From NCBI GenBank assembly GCA_002269645.1, contig NIVC01001638.1, forward strand, positions 1 to 64,000: 64,000 nucleotides of DNA, read 5' to 3'. The stretch is from Macrostomum lignano (taxonomy: Eukaryota). Both the position numbers and the translations under genes were made by a program. A model generated the notes under the pieces. That model worked only from the letters and a program-made list of their open reading frames with translations. It was not told where the DNA came from and searched no databases. Positions 60,030-64,000 of this stretch are shown here, in pieces. Position 1 is the stretch's first letter. Each line of letters starts with the position of its first letter.

Positions 60030-60266
60030 AGCATTGTTTCATCGCCAGTGAGAGGCATTACTGCCTACTCTGTCAACACCCCTAAGCAGACACAAAAGTG
60101 TACACTTCATTGTGCCTTGAGTGGGTTGACCCTCAAGGGCAGTAATTACACAAGCAGACCCAAGATGAGATTCCAATTTAGCCTCAATTAACACGACTGC
60201 ACTTGGGAATTGAGTCTAGGCTGCTGGCACATTAGAGCACTCCTCTAGACCACTAGGTTATGGCTC
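60030..60266 (-). mobile_element. Decayed tRNA-derived SINE-like sequence
   Basis: Minus strand reads GAGCCA-TAACCTAGTGG (A-box-like) ... GACTCAATTCC (B-box GGTTCGATTCC with transitions); no foldable cloverleaf. Confidence 0.3.
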
Positions 60267-60369
60267 TCTTCATAAATTAGGTCTTTTATTTTTCTCTTGC
60301 ATTTAAAGAATATTATTTAACTATTGCAGCCAAATTATAGAAAAATCAAAACACTGAACCCAAGAAAAC

Positions 60370-63300
60370 ATGTCAAGCTGTCCATCAGAGTTGATTGTCT
60401 CAGCAGCCCAGCAGGCAGTTGAATCTCTTGCTGATCCGTCCGCAGTGTCTCGACCTCCATTTCAATGCTTCGCCGATGCTCATTCTGCTCAATGCTATTT
60501 TGCTAAACAAATTCTAGACTTATTGACGCCCTACCTATTGCAAGTAGTGCAATCCGATGCCAATAATGATTTAACAATGGGTTGGAGAGCTCAAGCTAAG
60601 CTAATGCAATATTTGCTTGGATCTCAGTTCACTAATCGCTTTATTAGCCAAGATAATGAAACTGCTAAGCCTGAGTATCGAGCTGTTCAGAGATTAGTTG
60701 GCGAAGTTGTTCGCGAGCTGGCCGACTGTGATGCCAAAAAGAAATTACGCAGTTGCCTTGGAGACATGGAAGAAAGAAACATTAGTAGCAATGATGATGA
60801 TAATGGCGATAAGGCAACGCCCAGACATGATAGTGTTGATGCGCCAACAGTGGTTAGGCGTGGCTGCGCTCGGCTTGTGTCTCATGTGAGCCTTCGGTTT
60901 TGTGCGTTGGTAATATTAATTAGAGAGCTGTAGAACAGAATATCTGTAAACAAGCGATTGGATATGGAAAAATATAGAATGGATCTATGATCGATAACAT
61001 ATTAAAATGGGGAAAACAGATGATCAAATCGGGGTACAACAGATGACCAAAATAGGGTAGAACAGATGATCAAATTGGGGTAGAACAGAGTATCGAATTG
61101 GGGTAGAACAGAGTATCGAATTGGGGTAGAACAGAGTATCGAATTGGGGTAGAACAGGTGATCGAATTGGGGTAGAACAGAGTATCGAATTGGGGTAGAA
61201 CAGGTGATCGAATTGGGGTAGAACAGATGATCAAATTGGGGTAGAACAGAGGATCAAATTGGGGTAGAACAGATGATCAAATTGGGGTAGAACAGGTGAT
61301 CAAATTGGGGTAGAACAGAGTATCGAATTGGGGTAGAACAGAGTAACGAATTGGGGTAGAACAGAGTATCGAATTGGGGTAGAACAGGTGATCAAATTGG
61401 GGTAGAACAGAGTATCGAATTGGGGTAGAACAGAGGATCAAATTGGGGTAGAACAGATGACCAAAATAGGGTAGAACAGATGATCAAATTGGGGTAGAAC
61501 AGAGTATCGAATTGGGGTAGAACAGAGTATCGAATTGGGGTAGAACAGAGTATCGAATTGGGGTAGAACAGAGTATCGAATTGGGGTAGAACAGGTGATC
61601 GAATTGGGGTAGAACAGATGATCAAATTGGGGTAGAACAGAGGATCAAATTGGGGTAGAACAGATGACCAAAATAGGGTAGAACAGATGATCAAATTGGG
61701 GTAGAACAGAGTATCGAATTGGGGTAGAACAGAGTATCGAATTGGGGTAGAACAGAGTATCAAATTGGGGTAGAACAGATGATCGAATTGGGGTAGAACA
61801 GATGATCAAATTGGGGTAGAACAGATGATCGAATTGGGGTAGAACAGAGGATCAAATTGGGGTAGAACAGATGATCGAATTGGGGTAGAACAGATGATCG
61901 AATTGGGGTAGAACAGATGATCAAATTGGGGTAGAACAGATGATCAAATTGGGGTAGAACAGATGATCGAATTGGGGTAGAACAGAGGATCAAATTGGGG
62001 TAGAACAGAGGATCAAATTGGGGTAGAACAGATGATCAAATTGGGGTAGAACAGATGATCGAATTGGGGTAGAACAGAGGATCAAATTGGGGTAGAACAG
62101 ATGATCAAATTGGGGTAGAACAGATGATCAAATTGGGGTAGAACAGAGGATCAAATTGGGGTAGAACAGATGATCAAATTGGGGTAGAACAGAGGTTCAG
62201 ACAGTATCCCAAACAAGCATAAGAATTGGACTAGAGATTAAATTATGAAAGAAAAGTCTCTCAAACTCGTCAAACAAACAGGCAAGCGCAAAAAAATCGC
62301 GGCCGACGCAATGAAGATCGCCTATTGGTGTCGGCATTCTCGCCGGACGCCAATAGCCAGGCGAATTTCTTGGCCGTTCTGGACGGTCACGGCGGCAGCG
62401 ACGGAGCCGACTTGGCCGCTTCCTATCTGCTGCCATTGTTCCTGTCTTATTCTTTTCATAGCGACTCTGATAGCAAGTCAGAATTGGTTGAAAAACTTCG
62501 TCGAACGTTTGTCGATGCCGACGCGAAATTGGGCGAAGCCGCTAGCCAATGCGGAGCATCGGGCGGAGCCACTTGCACGGTTTGTTCGGGGCATGAAAAT
62601 TTTATTTGTGTCCCAACTGTGGGGAAATACTTCAGTGTTTTTCTTATGGTAATCTCCGATATCCCGATATTCATCCTGATCCCAAATATCCCTACAAATC
62701 CCTATCAAATCCCAAATATCCCTACAATCCCTATCTTATCCCCGATATCCATCCTAATCCCAAATATCCCTACAAATCCGTATCTAATCCCAAATATCCC
62801 CACAAATCCCTGTCTAATCCTAATTATATTCTAGAAATCCCCTAATCTCAAATGTCCTCACAAATTCCTATCTAATCCCAAATATCCCTACAATCCCTAT
62901 CTTATCCCCGATATCCATCCTAATCCCAAAAATCCCTAAAAATCCGTATCTAATCCCAAATATCCCTACAATTCCTATCTTATCCCCGATATCCATCCTA
63001 ATCCCAAAAATCCCTAAAAATCCGTATCTAATCCCAAATATCCCTACAATCCCTATCTTATCCCCGATATCCATCCTAATCCCAAAAATCCCTACAAATC
63101 CGTATCTAATGCCAAATATCCTAAGAATCCCTATCTAACCCCAAATATCCCATCCCATCTACTTCCAAACATCCCTACAAATCCCTATCTAATCCCAAAT
63201 GTCCCCCAAAATCCGTATGTAATCCCAGATATCCCTAAAAATCCCTTTATAATGCCAAGCGTCCCTACGTAATCTCAGATATCCATACAAATGGTTATAT

Positions 63301-63915
63301 AATCCCAAATATCCCCGCAAATCCTTTTCTGTTTGAAATGTTGCATCCTAAGTTGGGATGCCTAACTGCTGGTAGCGGATTAAACATGTAAGTATAATGT
63401 CTTCACTCTTAAAAAAACAGGTGTGCATCTTATCCGGTGATCAGTTAACTGTAGCCTGGGCTGGCGACTCGGAAGCCTGGCTAGTGCATAGCAACGGCCT
63501 AGCAACCCAGCTGACAGCGCCGCCGCATAGGCCCAGCATCCCGGCTGAGCGTAGCCGAGTGGAATCTGCTGGCGGCTTCGTGATGGACGGCAACCCGCCA
63601 AGACTGAATGGCGTGCTGGCTGTCACTCGCAGTCTGGGCGATCGCGGAGTTACAGGATCAACACCTGAACCGGAAGTCGTGCATCGGCAATTGAAACTCA
63701 GCGAAGATGCAGACGGAAGTAAAGATGTCTGCGTAGTGCTGGCTAGCGATGGGCTGTGGGACGCTGTGGCGCCTAACGATGCAGCCGCCGCGCTAGTTGC
63801 TATGCAAGCTGATGACTCAACTAAGAGCGAAGCTGCAGCTGCTAATGCTCTGATTGATATGGCTGTGGCTGCCGGGTCAACCGATAATGTGACCGTTGTT
63901 GTAGCTTGGTTGTGA
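60370..63915 (+). CDS. PP2C/PPM-family Ser/Thr phosphatase (PPM1E/PPM1F-like). Exons 60370-60885, 62282-62579, 63421-63915
   Basis: Motifs KNRGRRNEDR, DGHGG, GGAT, AWAGDS, LAVTRSLGD, LASDGLWD and GSTDNVTV, with GT-AG junctions. The exon 1/2 phase fits only if the A7 run at 62290-62296 is A6 (LVSH/ASAKNRGRRNEDR). Confidence 0.9.
61005..62193. repeat. 23-bp minisatellite in PP2C intron 1 (AATTGGGGTAGAACAGATGATCA)n
   Basis: Period 23, about 51 units. Confidence 0.97.
62660..63320. repeat. Degenerate ~30-bp minisatellite in PP2C intron 2 (ATCCCAAATATCCCTACAAATCCCTATCTA)n
   Basis: Direct inspection; higher-order 88-bp repeats at ~62870-63080. Confidence 0.9.
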
Positions 63916-64000
63916 CTGCTTGCAGTCTGCTGAAGTGCGTGTCAATACTGATTAGTTCATGTACACCCGAAAAGTTCGTTGAAAACAACTGAAGTTTAAA

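Overview
Eukaryotic (metazoan) genomic DNA, not prokaryotic. GC-rich exons with poly-Ala tracts, GT-AG introns packed with minisatellites and a particular RTE-like fragment suggest a flatworm such as Macrostomum (inference). No CRISPR array, rRNA or intact tRNA was found. Genes: (1) two intronless DEG/ENaC (FaNaC/ASIC-like) channel genes in convergent orientation (+ <1..2028; - 7848..5751), whose 3' 1147 bp are ~99% identical while their 5' halves have diverged; (2) an SLC16/MCT-like MFS transporter (+17897..19291); (3) a 9-exon DSTYK-like gene with a dynamin-like P-loop domain and a kinase domain lacking the catalytic Asp (+23185..33156); (4) a 5-exon MAD2 (+34709..43021); (5) a 5-exon C14orf93-like gene (-49250..47083); (6) a 3-exon PP2C/PPM phosphatase (+60370..63915). 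About 20 distinct tandem-repeat arrays account for nearly all the long repetitive ORFs in the track. Mobile DNA includes MITEs with visible TIRs/TSDs and a nested stack (LINE > 3.4-kb TIR element > RTE fragment > MITE). Most notable: the half-homogenised inverted ENaC pair, the GTPase-pseudokinase, the one-private-minisatellite-per-intron architecture, sharply bounded CpG-depleted blocks and the nested transposon stack. Several frameshifts look like long-read homopolymer errors. All alignments were done by eye.
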